NCBI RefSeq assembly: GCF_963921235.1 | Contig: NC_086097.1 | Coordinates: 195,302,001-195,366,000 of the forward strand | DNA: 64,000 nucleotides | From: Mobula hypostoma | Lineage: Eukaryota | Direction of reading: 5' to 3' | Shown: positions 49,165-61,409 of the stretch, one piece after another | Layout of the letters: every line of letters begins with the position of its first letter | How positions within the stretch are numbered: position 1 is the first letter of the stretch | Made by a program: the position numbers and the translations under genes | Notes under the pieces: generated by a model | Told to the model about the DNA's origin: nothing | Databases searched by the model: none | Seen by the model: the letters and a program-made list of their open reading frames with translations, nothing else

Positions 49165-52050
49165 GGCTTTGAGGAAAGAGAAGCAGAATAAATGGTGTAA
49201 AGACAGTAAGGTAGAAGGGCTGAAATGTGTATACCTCAATGCAAGAAGCATCAGGAACAAAGGTGATGAACTGAGAGCTTGGATACATATATGGAATTAT
49301 GATGTAGTGGCCATTACAGAGACTTGGCTGGCACCAGGGCAGGAATGGATTCTCCATATTCCCGGATTTCAGTGCTTTAAAAGGGATAGAGAGGGCGGAA
49401 AAAGGAGAGGAGGGGTGGCATTATTGGTCAGGGACAGTATTACAGCTACAGAAAGGGTGGGTAATGTAGCAGGATCCTCTTTTGAGTCAATATGGGTGAA
49501 AGACAGGAACAGGAAGGGAGCAGTTACTCTTCTGGGGGTATTCTATAGGCCCCCTGGTAGCAGCAGAGATACAGAGCAGCAGATTGGGAGGCAGATTTTG
49601 GAAAGGTGCAAAAATAACAGGGTTGTTATCATGGGTGACTTTAACTTCCCTAATATTGATTGGCACCTGATTAGTTCTAAGGGTTTAGATGGGGCAGAGT
49701 TTGTTAAGTGTGTCCAGGACGGATTCCTGTCACAGTATGTGGACAGGCCGACTAGGTGGAATGCCATACTAGATCTAGTACTAGGTAATGAACTGGGTCA
49801 GGTCACAGATCTCTGTGAGCATCTAGGGGACAGTGACCACCGCTCCCTGGCTTTTAGCATTATCATGGAAAAGGATAGAATCAGAGAGGACAGGAAAATT
49901 TTTAATTGGGGAAGAGCAAATTATGAGGTTATAAGGCTAGAACTTGTGGGTATGAATTGGGATGATGTTTTTGCAGCGAAATGGACTATGGACATGTGGT
50001 CGATGTTTAGAGATCTCTTGCAGGATGTTAGGGATAAATTTGTCCCAGTGAGGAAGATAAAGAATGGTAGGGTGAAGGAACCATGGGTGACAAGTGAAGT
50101 GGAAAATCTAGTCAGGTGGAAGAAGGCAGCATGCATGAGGTTTAAGAAGCAAGGATCAGATGGGTCTATTGAGGAATATAGGGAAGCAATAAAGGAGCTT
50201 AAGTGGCTGAGAAGAGCAAGAAGGGGGCATGAGAAGGCTTTGGCGAGTAGGGTAAAGGAAAACCCCAAGGCATTCTTCAATTATGTGAAGAATAAAAGGA
50301 TGACAGGAGTGAAGGTAGGACTGATTAGAGATAAAGGTGGGAAGATGTGCCTAGAGGCTGTGGAAGAGAGCAAGGTCCTCAATAAATACTTCTCTTCGAT
50401 ATTCACCAATGAGAGGGAACTTGATGATGGTGAGGACAATATGAGTGAGGTTGATGTTCTAGAGCATGTTGATACTAAGGGAGTGGAGGTGTTGGAGTTG
50501 TTAAAAAACGTTAGGACGGATAAGTCCCCGGGGCCTGATGGAATATTCCCCAGGCTGCTCCACGAGGCGAGAGAAGAGATTGCTGAGCCTCTGGCTAGGA
50601 TCTTTATGTTCTCGTTGTCCACGGGAATGCTACCGGAGGATTGGTGGGAGGTGAATGTAGTCCCCTTGTTCAAAAAAGGTAGTAGGAATAGTCCGGGTAA
50701 TTATAGACCAGTGAGCCTTTCGTCTGCGGTGGGAAAGCTGTTGGAAAAGATTCTTAGAGATAGGATCTACAGGCACTTAGAGAATCATGGTCTGATCAGA
50801 AACAGTCAGCATGGCTTTGTGAAGGGCATATCATATCTAACAAGCCTGATAGAGTTCTTTGAGGAGGTGACCAGGCATATAGATGAGGGTAATGCGGTGG
50901 ATGTGATCTATATGGATTTTAGTAAGGCATTTGACAAGGTTCCACATGGTAGGCTTATTCAGAAAGTCAAAAGGCATGGGATCCAGGGAAGTTTGGCCAG
51001 GTGGATTCAGAATTGGCTTGCCTGTAGAAGGCAGAGGGTTATGGTGGAAGGAGTACATTCAGGTTGGAGGATTGTGACTAGTGTCCCACAAGGATCTGTT
51101 CTGGGACCTCTACTTTTCGTGATTTTTATTAACGACCTGGATGTGGGGGTAGAAGGGTGGGTTGGCAAGTTTGCAGACGACACAAAGGTTGGTGGTCTTG
51201 TAGATAGTGTAGATGATTGTCAAAGATTGCAGAGAGACATTGATAGGATGCAGAAATGGGCTGAAAGGTGGCAGATGGAGTTCAACCCGGAGAAGTGTGA
51301 GGTTGTGCACTTTGGAAGGACAAACTCCAAGGCAGAGTGCAAAGTAAATGTCAGGATACCTGGCAGTGTGGAGGAGCAGAGGGATCTGGGGGTACATGTC
51401 CACAGATCCCTGAAAGTTGCCTCACAGGTGGATAGGGTAGTTAAGAAAGCTTATGGGGTGTTAGCTTTCATAAGTTGAGGGAGAGAGTTTAAGAGTTGTG
51501 GGGTAATGATGCAGCTCTATAAAACTCTGGTTAGGCCACACTTGGAGTACTGTGTCCAGTTCTGGTCGCCTCACTATAGGAAGGATGTGGAAGCATTGGA
51601 AAAGGTACAGAGGAGATTTACCAGGATGCTGCCTGGTTTAGAGAGTATGCATTATGATCAGAGATTAAGGGAGCTAGGGCTTTACTCTTTGGAGAAAAGG
51701 AGGATGAGAGGAGACATGATAGAGGTGTACAAGGTAATAAGAGGAATAGATAGGATAGCCAGCGCCTCTTCCCCAGGGCACCACTGCTTAATACAAGAGG
51801 GTGTGGCTTTAAGGTAAGGGGTGGGAAGTTGAAGGGGGATATTAGAGGAAGATCTTTTTACTCAGAGTGGTTGGTGCGTGGAATGCACTACCTGAATCAA
51901 TGATGGAGGCTGATACACCAGTGAAGTTTAAGAGACTATTAGACAGGTATATGGAGGAATTTAAGGTGGCTTATATGGGAGGCAGGGTTTGAGGGTCAGC
52001 ACAACACTGTGGGCTGAAGAGCCTGTACTGTGCTGGTTTCTATGTATGTA
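49165..52050 (+). mobile_element. Young CR1 (family A, copy 3); ORF2 open over 49169-51478, then a stop and a C-terminal frameshift
   Basis: APE and RT motifs in one 769-aa frame; TGA at 51476-51478 corresponds to CGA in copies 1 and 2. Confidence 0.95.
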
Positions 52051-52089
52051 TATTCTAACAGGCAATAGTATTTAGGAATGTTTCTGTAA

Positions 52090-52990
52090 CAAATTATGCT
52101 GCCTTATCATACGCCCATTGTCATTACTACTGACACTTCAGATTATGCTGTGGGATCTGTGTACGAGCAGTTGGTCAGAGACGAGTGCCATCTCTTTTTC
52201 GGCCGGCATCTTCCTTCTCAGAATGGAATAACAACATGTATGATGATCTTCTCAGTTGCTATTTGGCTGTCCGACATTTTCATTTTCTACTAGAAGATCA
52301 CTATTTCACAGTGTTTAGTGACCACAAATGCCTTGTGCACATGATGGCCAAAATATTAGACCCAGAAGGTCTCACGGAAACTTTTGCACTAAAGTCTGTG
52401 TGACACGGAGTTAGAAAGGGTGTGCGTGATTGGAGTTCAACCTTTGTTGAGTGCCAACGGGCAAAAATTTACCATTATTTTCTGGCTCCATTGGCACCTT
52501 TTGAGGTCCCTGAGCAAATGTTTGACCATGTCAACGTGGACAAGGTTGGTCCACTTCCCCCTTCCCATGGTTTCACGCACCTCCTGACCACAGTCATCCC
52601 TCTAGCATTGACAACAGCCACAGATGTGGCTCGGCTGTTCATCAGCACCTAGGTTGCTAGGTTTGGCAGTCCATCTGATATTTCCTCTGACTGTGGTCCC
52701 CAATTCATATCAGATCTCAGAAATGTGATGGCCCAGAACCTAGGCGTTAGGCTACATCACACCATAGCATATCACCCGCGATCCAACAGTCTGTGTGAGT
52801 ACCTAAAGACTGCTCCATGGTCTTCCCTGATGGATAAGAGTTGGCATGATCATCTACGCTAGGTCCTGCGAGGGTTCGGAATGGCTCCCAAAAAGGATCT
52901 GCAGCTGAGTTGGTATACAAACAGCTGTTACAAGTGCCAGGTGGTTTTATTCTTGATGCCTTCACTGCCTAGATGGCCTCTCAGCAGTGT
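52090..52990 (+). mobile_element. Gypsy LTR retrotransposon pol remnant (RNase H and integrase)
   Basis: ITTDTSDYAVG, RHFHFLLE..FTVFSDHK, FDHVNVDKVGPLP, RFGSPSDISSDCGPQF, HHTIAYHP. Confidence 0.85.
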
Positions 52991-53284
52991 TCCACACTCC
53001 TCCTCCTCCTAGATTAGCTGTCAATCACCGCTGACGAGCCCCATCCTGCCCAAAGCAACTGGTTTTAAGGCCCCAGTAACCCACCTTTGCCCCTTCTCCT
53101 GTCAGTAGAAATACTCCTGCTGGGTTTACTAGTTAAGCCACATGTGAAGGCCAGGAGTTGGACTTGGTTGTCAGAGGCTATTTGAGGTGCGTGCCATTGG
53201 GAGTGTTTAATAGATAGTGGGAGCTTATCCCTACTAGCCACCCTAATGGCTATGACAACCTTAAGAAACCTAGGTAAATAAATA

Positions 53285-53450
53285 GATACATCCTGCTGTA
53301 CCCTCAGACTGCTTTCTTCACTGTCCTCTATATCACCAACTTTGATATCATCTACAAACTTAATAATCATGCCTTTTATATTTTCATCCAGATTGTTAAT
53401 ATTGGTGACCAACAATGGGAATTCAACACCCATCCCCGCAGCACATAGAG
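53285..53450 (-). mobile_element. CR1 RT fragment
   Basis: NINNLDENIKGMIIKFVDDIKVG. Confidence 0.7.
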
Positions 53451-55916
53451 CACCAAGAAAATTTTGTATTGAGTTAAATTATTTAGTCTGGATATTATTT
53501 AGCAAAGCAAAACTGAGCACTGTGTAAGGGAACTGGTGAAATTTGGAGTTGCCTTGAAAAATCTCTCATTATTCAATGTGACTGTGATTGCAGAATATAG
53601 CTGGTTGGAGACTAATGATTGCCAAACTTTAGCTGTCTTATAGTCCCATGAGCTTCAAGTTATGTTTGCAAGTTGAGAACTAGTGTTATATGGTGATTGG
53701 CATCATTAAGTGCTCCTCCATGTCACACACACTAGCATGCACCACTAGATTTCACAATTGCCTTGATTTAAACCAGAAATATTTGGGACATAATTTGCTC
53801 AGTGTGGAATCAATTTTCAATCATATAATGCAGTTTGAAAAAAGCTGTTTATTTCTGGATAAACACATTTTAATTTTACTTGCAAAAATATGTATCTTTG
53901 CAAGTTGCACTTCAAAGCCATGTTTTTTTCTGATGCCCTTGAATTTATTTTAGGACTTTCTTTATCTTTTACTATTTTTCAGTAAGCTGTTGAATTGTGC
54001 TGTCCCATTTTAATTGTGGCCATCACTGAGACACGGCGAAAGGATGCATGTCTCTGGGAGCTGAACGTCCAAGGATACATGGTGTATAGGAAGGATAGGA
54101 AGGTAGGCAGAGGGGGAGGCATGGCTTTATTGGTAAGAAATGATATTAAATCATTAGAAAGAGGTGATATAGGATCGGAAGGTGCAGAATCTTTATGGGT
54201 TGAGCTAAGGAATAGCAGGGGTAAAAGGACCCTGATGGCAGTTATTTATAGGCCTCCAAACAGCTGCAGTGATGTGGACTACAAATTACAACAGGAAATA
54301 GAAAAGGCTTGTCAGAAGGGCAGTGTTATGATAATTGTGGGGGATTTTAACATGCGAGTGGATTGGGAAAATCAGGTCGGCACTGGATCTCAAGAGAGAG
54401 AATTTGTAGAATGTCGGCATTTTAGAACAGCTTGTTGTTGAACCCACTAGGGGATCAGCTGTACTGGTTTGGGTATCGTGTAATGAACTGGAGGTGATTA
54501 GAGAGATTGTGAAGGAACCCTTAGGAGGCAGTGATCATAACATGATTATTGAGTTCACTGTGAAATTTGAAAAAGAGAAGCCGAAATCTGATGTTTCGGT
54601 ATTTCAGTGGAATAAAGGAAATTACAGTGGCGTGAGAGAGGAACTGGCCAAAGTTGACTGGAAAGGGACACTGGCGGGAAAGGTGGCAGAGCAGCAGTGG
54701 GTGGAGTTTATGTGAGAAGTGAGGAAGCTGCAAGACAAGTATATTCCAAAAAAGAAGTTTTCGAATGGAAAAAGGATGCAACCGGGGTTGACAAGAGAAG
54801 TCAAAGCCAAAGTTAAAGCAAAGGAGAGGGCATACAAGGAAGCAAACATTAGTGGAAAGACAGAGGATTGGGAAGTTTTTAAAACCTTACAAAAGGAAAC
54901 TAAGAAGGTGATTAAGAGGGAAAAGATTAACTATGAAAGGAAGCTAGCAAATAATATCAAAGAGGATACTAAAAGCTTTTTCAAGTATATAAAGAGTAAA
55001 AGACAGGTGAGAGTAGATATAGGACCAATAGAAAGTGATGCTGGAGAAATAGTAATGGGAGATAAGGGGATGGTGGAGGAACTGAACAAGTATGTTGCAT
55101 CAGTCTTCACTGAGGAAGACATCAGCAGTATACCAGACACTCAAGGGTGGCAGGGAAAAGAAGTGTGTGCAGTCACAATTAAGACAAGAGAATATACTCA
55201 GGAAGCTGAATAGTCTAAAGGTAGATAAATCTCCAGGACCAGATGGAATGCACCCTCGTGTTCTGGAGGAAGTAGCTGTGGAGATTGCAGAGGCATTAGC
55301 GATGATCTTTCAAAAGTCAATAGATTCTGGCATGGTTCCGGAGGGCTGGAAGATTGCAAATGTCACTCCGCTATTTAAGAAGGGGGCAAGGAAGCAAAAA
55401 GGAAATTATAGACCTGTTAGCTTGACATCGGTGGTTGGGAATTTGTTGGAGTCGATTGTCAAGGATGAGGCTACAGAGTACCTGGAAGCATATGACAAGA
55501 TAGGCAGAACTCAGCATGGATTCCTTAAAGGAAAATCCTGCCTGACAAACCTATTACAATTTTTTGAGGAAATTACAAGTAGGCTAGACAAGGGAGAAGC
55601 AGTGGATGTTGTATATTTGGATTTTCAGAAGGCCTTTGACAAGGTGCCACAAATGAGGCTACTTAAGATAAGAGCCCATGGAATTACGAGAAAGTTGCAT
55701 ACATGGATAGAGTGTTGGCTGATTGGCAGGAAACAGAGTGGGAATAAAGGGATCCTATTCTGCTTGGCTGCCGGTTACCAGTGGTGTTCCACAGGGGTCC
55801 GTGTTGGGGCCGCTTCTTTTTACATTGTACATTAACGATTTGGATTATGGAATAGCAACACACATCAAAGTTGCCGGTGAACGCAGCAGACCAGGCAGCA
55901 TCTCTAGGTAGAGGTA

Positions 55917-55954
55917 CAGTCGACGTTTCAGGCCGAGACCCTTCGTCAGGACTA
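55917..55954 (-). ncRNA. Minimal type I hammerhead ribozyme motif (intact core)
   Basis: UAGUC-CUGACGA-AGG(GUCUCGG)CCU-GAAA-CG-UC^GACUG: stem I AGUC/GACU, stem II AGG/CCU, palindromic ACGU in place of stem III. Confidence 0.78.
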
Positions 55955-56026
55955 ACTGAAGGAAGAGTTAGTCAGAGATTTGAAAGCTCAATCTCTTTCA
56001 GATCTCTTACTAACTCTTCCTTCACC

Positions 56027-56064
56027 TAGTCCTGACAAAGGGTCTCGGCCTGAAACGTCGACTG
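56027..56064 (+). ncRNA. Minimal type I hammerhead motif with core mutation (CUGACAA)
   Basis: tagtc-ctgacaa-agggtctcggcct-gaaa-cgtc-gactg; conserved G8 replaced by A. Confidence 0.65.
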
Positions 56065-59000
56065 TACCTCTTCCTAGAGATGCTGCCTGGCCTGCTGCAT
56101 TCACCGGCAACTTTGATGTATGTTGGTAGAATTTCCAGCATCTGCAGAATTCCTCTTGTTTCGATTATGGAATAGATGGCTTTGTGGCTAAGTTTGCTGA
56201 TGATACGAAGATAGGTGGAGAGGCTGGTAGTGCTGAGGAAACAGGGAGTCTGCAGAGAGACTTGGATAGATTGGAAGAATGAGCAAATAAGTGGCAAATG
56301 AAATACAATGTTGGAAAGTGTATGGTTATGCACTTTGGCAGAAGAAATAAACGGGCAGACTATTATTTAAATGGGGAAAGAATTCAAAGTTCTGAGATGC
56401 AATGGGACTTGGGAGTCCTCGTACAGGATACCCTTAAGATTAACCTCCAGGTTGAGTCGGTGGTGAAGAAGGCGAATGCAATGTTGGCGTTCATTTCTAG
56501 AGGAATAGAGTATAGGAGCAGGGATGTGATGGTGAGGCTCTGTAAGGCACTGGTGAGACCTCACTTGGAGTACTGTGTGCAGTTTTGGTCTCCTTATTTA
56601 AGAAAGGATGTGCTGACGTTGGAGAAGGTTCAGAGAAGATTCACTAGAATGATTCTGGGAATGAGAGGATTAACATATGAGGAACGTTTGCCCCACTCTT
56701 GGACTGCATTCCTTGGAGTTTAGAAGAATGAGGGGAGACCTCATAGAAACATTTCGAATGTTGAAAGGCATGGACAGGGTGGATGTGGCAAAGTTGTCTC
56801 CCATGATGGGGGCGTCTAGTACGAGAAGGCATGACTTAAGGATTGAAGGGCGCCCATTCAGAACAGAAATGCGAAGAAATTATTTTAGTCAGAGGGTGGT
56901 GAATCCATGGAATTTGTTGCCACGGACAGCAGTGGAGGCCAAGTCATTGGGTGTATTTATGGCATAGATTGATAGGTATTTGAGTAGCCAGGGCATCAAA
57001 GGTTATGGTGAGAAGGCGGGGGAGCGGGACTAAATGGGAGAATGGATCAGCTCATGATAAAATGGCGGAGCAGACTCGATGGGCCGAATGGCTGACTTCT
57101 GCTCCTTTGTCTTGTGGTCTTAATGCATTTACAATGATAAATTGGAATTCTCAGTGACTTTACGGAAGGATTTTCTGACCAATTACCAGCTTATTTCCCC
57201 TTGTTACAATTTATTTCACAGTGAATTTGAAAAGTATTGCAAAAAGTAGAATTTTGTCTATTGTTGAGCCAATTTTGGATTAATTATATTTTGAATTAAT
57301 GTCAAATCAGAATCACTTAAAATGTCAAGAAATTATTCAAAATGGTGTTTAAAACAGTATCAGGGTCCAGGATCAAATAAATGCAGCCGACTATTCTTTC
57401 CTCTGCAAGATTCAGTGTCAGCTATTCAACCATCCACGGTGGATGGAGAGCAGCAAGAAATTGACTGCCATTGGGAGCGAGGTTGCAGGGGAGAAGCAAA
57501 ACCTGTCAGGTTTGCCAAAAGGCACTTGGAAATACTTTTGGATGAAGTACATCTTCTGTACTGGCACAGGGCAAAAGGTTTTCTAAGACCACTATAAAAC
57601 AACACTAAAGGATGGGGCTAGACCTGTGTCCTTTGGGAGAGAGTATCCCACATGATGCAAGGATTTAAAAGGAATTTCATGATCTCGTAAAGTGTATGAA
57701 GGTCTCTATTGCTTTCAATTGTAGACACATTTATCCATAAACTTCAACAGGAATAAAGACGTTCACAATAAAATATAAATAAACTCACATGAACTGTTAA
57801 CTCTTAACCCGAGCATGCCCACCACTGTCCCTCACACTCATGTTACTCCCATGAGTCAAACCTCCAAGGACAGGATAATAAACAGGTTATTCAATGTCCT
57901 TTATCAACTGTATTTAAAAAAAAGCTTTGAGAAAATGGAGGGAGATGAGCTGCATACAAAGGGAGCCCTTGTGAGTTCAGCAGGCCATCAGCTGAAGGAG
58001 ATTGTTCATCACACACAAAATGCAGGAGGAACTGAGCAGGTCAGATAGCATCTATGGAAGGGACTAAACTGCCCACATTTCAGGCCAAGACATTTCATTA
58101 GAACCCTTCATCAGAAACTTTCCTGTTCTTTTTTTGTAGAATGGCCAGAAATCAGTTAACACATGAGCAGGGACTAAAAGAGGTTTACCAGGGAAGCTCA
58201 ACAATAATGTTTCATTATGGTCATGACACCATTCTTGATTTAATCTGCACCAGGTATTTTCGTTGCCATAAAGTGTTTTGGATGCAGCCTGAACATGCAG
58301 TTACCTTCTCAATTTTTGTTGCATTGTTTCCCCTCTATCACTCAGCATAGAAAGGGCAGAAATGAAGAAGAGTGAGGAGAGGAGTCTGATAACACCCCAC
58401 AGGACTACCTCAAAGGCTGGCACTGCAAGGAATGAGTCGATTAGTTTCAAGGGACACAAAGACTTACCAGGTACCGGCAGGCTGTGGTGAGAATAGAATA
58501 AAAGGAATCTGGTGCAACAACTACTCGAAGGAAAGATCCACACTACAATGGTTTTATGACCAGGTTGATGTGGAAAAGCAGTGAGATGAAGCTTTGATTG
58601 TCAGACCAGAGCATAGATTGATATTATAGTCAGTATCGACAAGATGAGCTAATAGGACCTGTATTTATGCTGTATGTTTCTATGGTAATGCAGTAGATGA
58701 TGATTCCAGAAATGAAAGGGTTATCATACGAGGAATGTTTGACAGCTCTGGGTCTGTACTTACTGGAATTTAGAAGGATGAGGGGGAATTTCTTTGAAAC
58801 CTACTGAACTGGGAGAACTGGCAGAGGTTTCCTTGAGCTATTTTCCATAATCACACATGGAGAGGCCATTCCAGGCACAAGGAAATGGTCAAAGGCCTTT
58901 CTGCAGCATTTCACATACAGTGACTCAGCAAAGAAGCTTTGAAAAGCATGAGCTGTGGATACATTTCTTCTCTGAATATTGTAGGTGTGAACACTTCACT

Positions 59001-60129
59001 GAAAGGGTTCCTGTTCTTCTAATGCTCATGAAGACCATCCTGCTGATAAAGACCCCTCTAGTTAAAAAGCTTTGTCAATAGCATCACTATTGAGACTCAT
59101 ACTAAATGAGAATCTCAGCAGCTATTACTACAAGAGCATTCCCGATCAACTTCACTATGATCTTCATGACTTTCAAGTCGGTATTAGCCTAATCCTTTTT
59201 TTCATGATGCATTTGAAAAAGTTATCACTATGTAACTGTTATGAATATGGATCCAATTCTCAAAGATTTCGGCTGAACTACTATACCATTTAGCAAAACA
59301 ACAGAAATTTAATCACTCGCTGCTCTTGTTGCCATCATGCAAAGTATTATCAGTGCTGTTTCAGTAATACCTCAACAGTCATAAAAATCATTGCATGAGC
59401 AATAATAGAATCTGATGAACAGTAAATGCCACTTTTAAGTCTGCATAATATTATAATTAGATAAATATTGATGAAGTGGATGATGATTAGCTGACTGTTA
59501 TTAATAATTAATAAGGAAACAGCAGTTGTAACATTCACTAACTGCATGAATATTTAATCTTTGTAGAAGTAGTTTGCAACATAGATTAACAGAACAATTT
59601 TGGAGAGATAGGGATGTTACAGTTGAGAGTCTGGAAATTGATACTTTGTTTATTTTTATATGCTGGTTGTGTTCCCTACTCTCCGTGATAAACTTCAAAC
59701 TATTACTGTTTTTGTGTGCAAATTATAAAATACTAGTATTTCAAAATTGTCCTTGAACTTTGAAAGTGATTCTTTTGAATATGATACAGTCAGAAAGGAA
59801 ATGGTGGGGCTGCATGTGATTGTATTTCTTCAGCTGACAAGCAAACTCTAGCAGTCAACCACAATGAAGCATACTTCTGGAAAAGAAAACCTAATATTTA
59901 CTAAGATAACAAGCAGATTCCAGTAAATGCCAAAAAAAATGACATCTCAACATGTGAGGATATTTCCCATGGATGATATCATCTCCTTAGATAAGCAACT
60001 TCAGGTTCATTGTTCTCCCTGTTGTGGCAAAACTGAATTGCTTATGGATCTGCTGATCTACTCATGCCAGCACAAACTGATTTAGTTCTGATACTTACTT
60101 CAAAGCTGAGTAGCCTGAATATTCCAGAG

Positions 60130-61025
60130 GAACAATCCGCATTGGGAGCAGAGCACTTCAAGTTAAATAAAGTACAGAAAGGGGCCAGCGGGGTGGCTAT
60201 TGTTGGCAATGGACCAGTGGTGAGAGCAGGAGCATCAGGCTTTGACTCAAGAGGCTTCAACGAGAAGAGGCTGAGGCCAAAGACACAAGTTAGAAGATTT
60301 GGTCTTGGTTACCCATAATACAGTGCAGGCAGGATAGCAGATATGGCAGTGGAATGCTCCTCCTGTAGGATGTAGGGATTCATGGAACCTGACGGTCTCC
60401 CTGATGACTACACCTGCCGGAAGTGCAGCCAACTCCAATTCCTGAAAGACCGCATTAAGGAGCTGGAGCTAGAGTTGGATGAACTTAGGATCATCCCAGA
60501 GGCAGAAAAATTGATAGATATGACTTTTGAGCAGGTAGTTACACCCAGAGTGCAGAATTTGGGGAGTAGATGGGTGAAGACTGAAAGAGGTAAAGGGAGA
60601 AGGAAGTCAGTGCAGGGCCCCCTGTGTCCATTCCCCTCAGCAACAGGTATACACCTTTGGATACTGATGAAGTGGATGACCTGTCTAGGCAAGGCAGCAG
60701 CAGCCAGACCAATAGAGCTGTGGTCGGGCCTGAGCTGCAGAAGGGTAGGGTGGAGTCAGGCAGAGCAATAGTCATAAAGGACTCAACAGTTAGGGGAACA
60801 GGTAAGAGATTCTGTGGCAGCAAAAGAGACACTGGGATATTGTGTTGCTTCCCAGGTGCAAAGGTCCAGGATATCTCTGAGCAGTTGCAGGGTATTCTTG
60901 AAGGGGAGGGTGAGCAGCCAGAGGTCGTGGTACATGGAACCAATGGCACAGGCAGGAGAGGGGTAGAGGTCCAGCGCAGTAAGTTTAGGGAGTCAGGAAG
61001 GAGGCTGAAGAGGAGGACCACAACC
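60130..61025 (+). mobile_element. CR1 5' UTR and ORF1 (zinc finger/leucine zipper plus SGNH esterase), decayed
   Basis: MAVECSSCRM...YTCRKCSQLQFLKDRIKELELELDELR; IPLSNRY; RAIVIKDSTVR..CCFPGAKVQD..VVVHGTN. Confidence 0.88.
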
Positions 61026-61409
61026 CAGCACTATGGTATCTCTGTCTCGCTGTCTCTCTGTCTCCTCTCTCTCCCACCCCCCCCCCCCCGTGAGGGAGAG
61101 AGATCACTCTTACAACAAAGAGAGTGGAGACCATCAACTGGCTCTTCCATTGTTACAATCTTCTGTGTCGCTTCTCTAAGCACCCCATCTCTAGGACTGA
61201 AAAGCTCTCACTCCCCATCAAAAGAGAGAGAGAGAGGGACCGCTCAAATACAGGGACCTTCTTCCGACAGCAGCCAGCAATTAGCAGACACACTGCCTAC
61301 TGTCAATTTTACAGTCTCCCATGATGCATCAGTTGGTGAAATTGATGAGGAACCGGGACATCCATGGGGCTGCTTCCTGAGGGTACACATCGACCAGGCC
61401 GATCCTGGA

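Larger units (their letters stand above)
55856..56162 (+). mobile_element. 307-bp Penelope-derived fold-back insertion
   Basis: 13-bp TSD gattatggaatag (55843-55855, 56163-56175); ~130-bp inverted arms around an 8-nt spacer (55987-55994) plus a ~35-nt unpaired tail. Confidence 0.9.
54012..57122 (+). mobile_element. CR1 ORF2 nearly complete, with frameshifts, interrupted by a Penelope-derived insertion
   Basis: [47 protein letters not shown]; tail tttgtcttgtggtctt. Confidence 0.93.

Noticed and set aside
57322..57597. ORF containing RFAKRHLEILLDEV, faintly like Harbinger-associated Myb/SANT proteins
   Set aside because: The resemblance is about 14 residues only, with no TIRs or other supporting motifs.
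58005..58120. Further hammerhead-like remnants (also near 3820, 4670, 9645 and 15350)
   Set aside because: Old Penelope termini with mutated cores; not callable as ribozymes.
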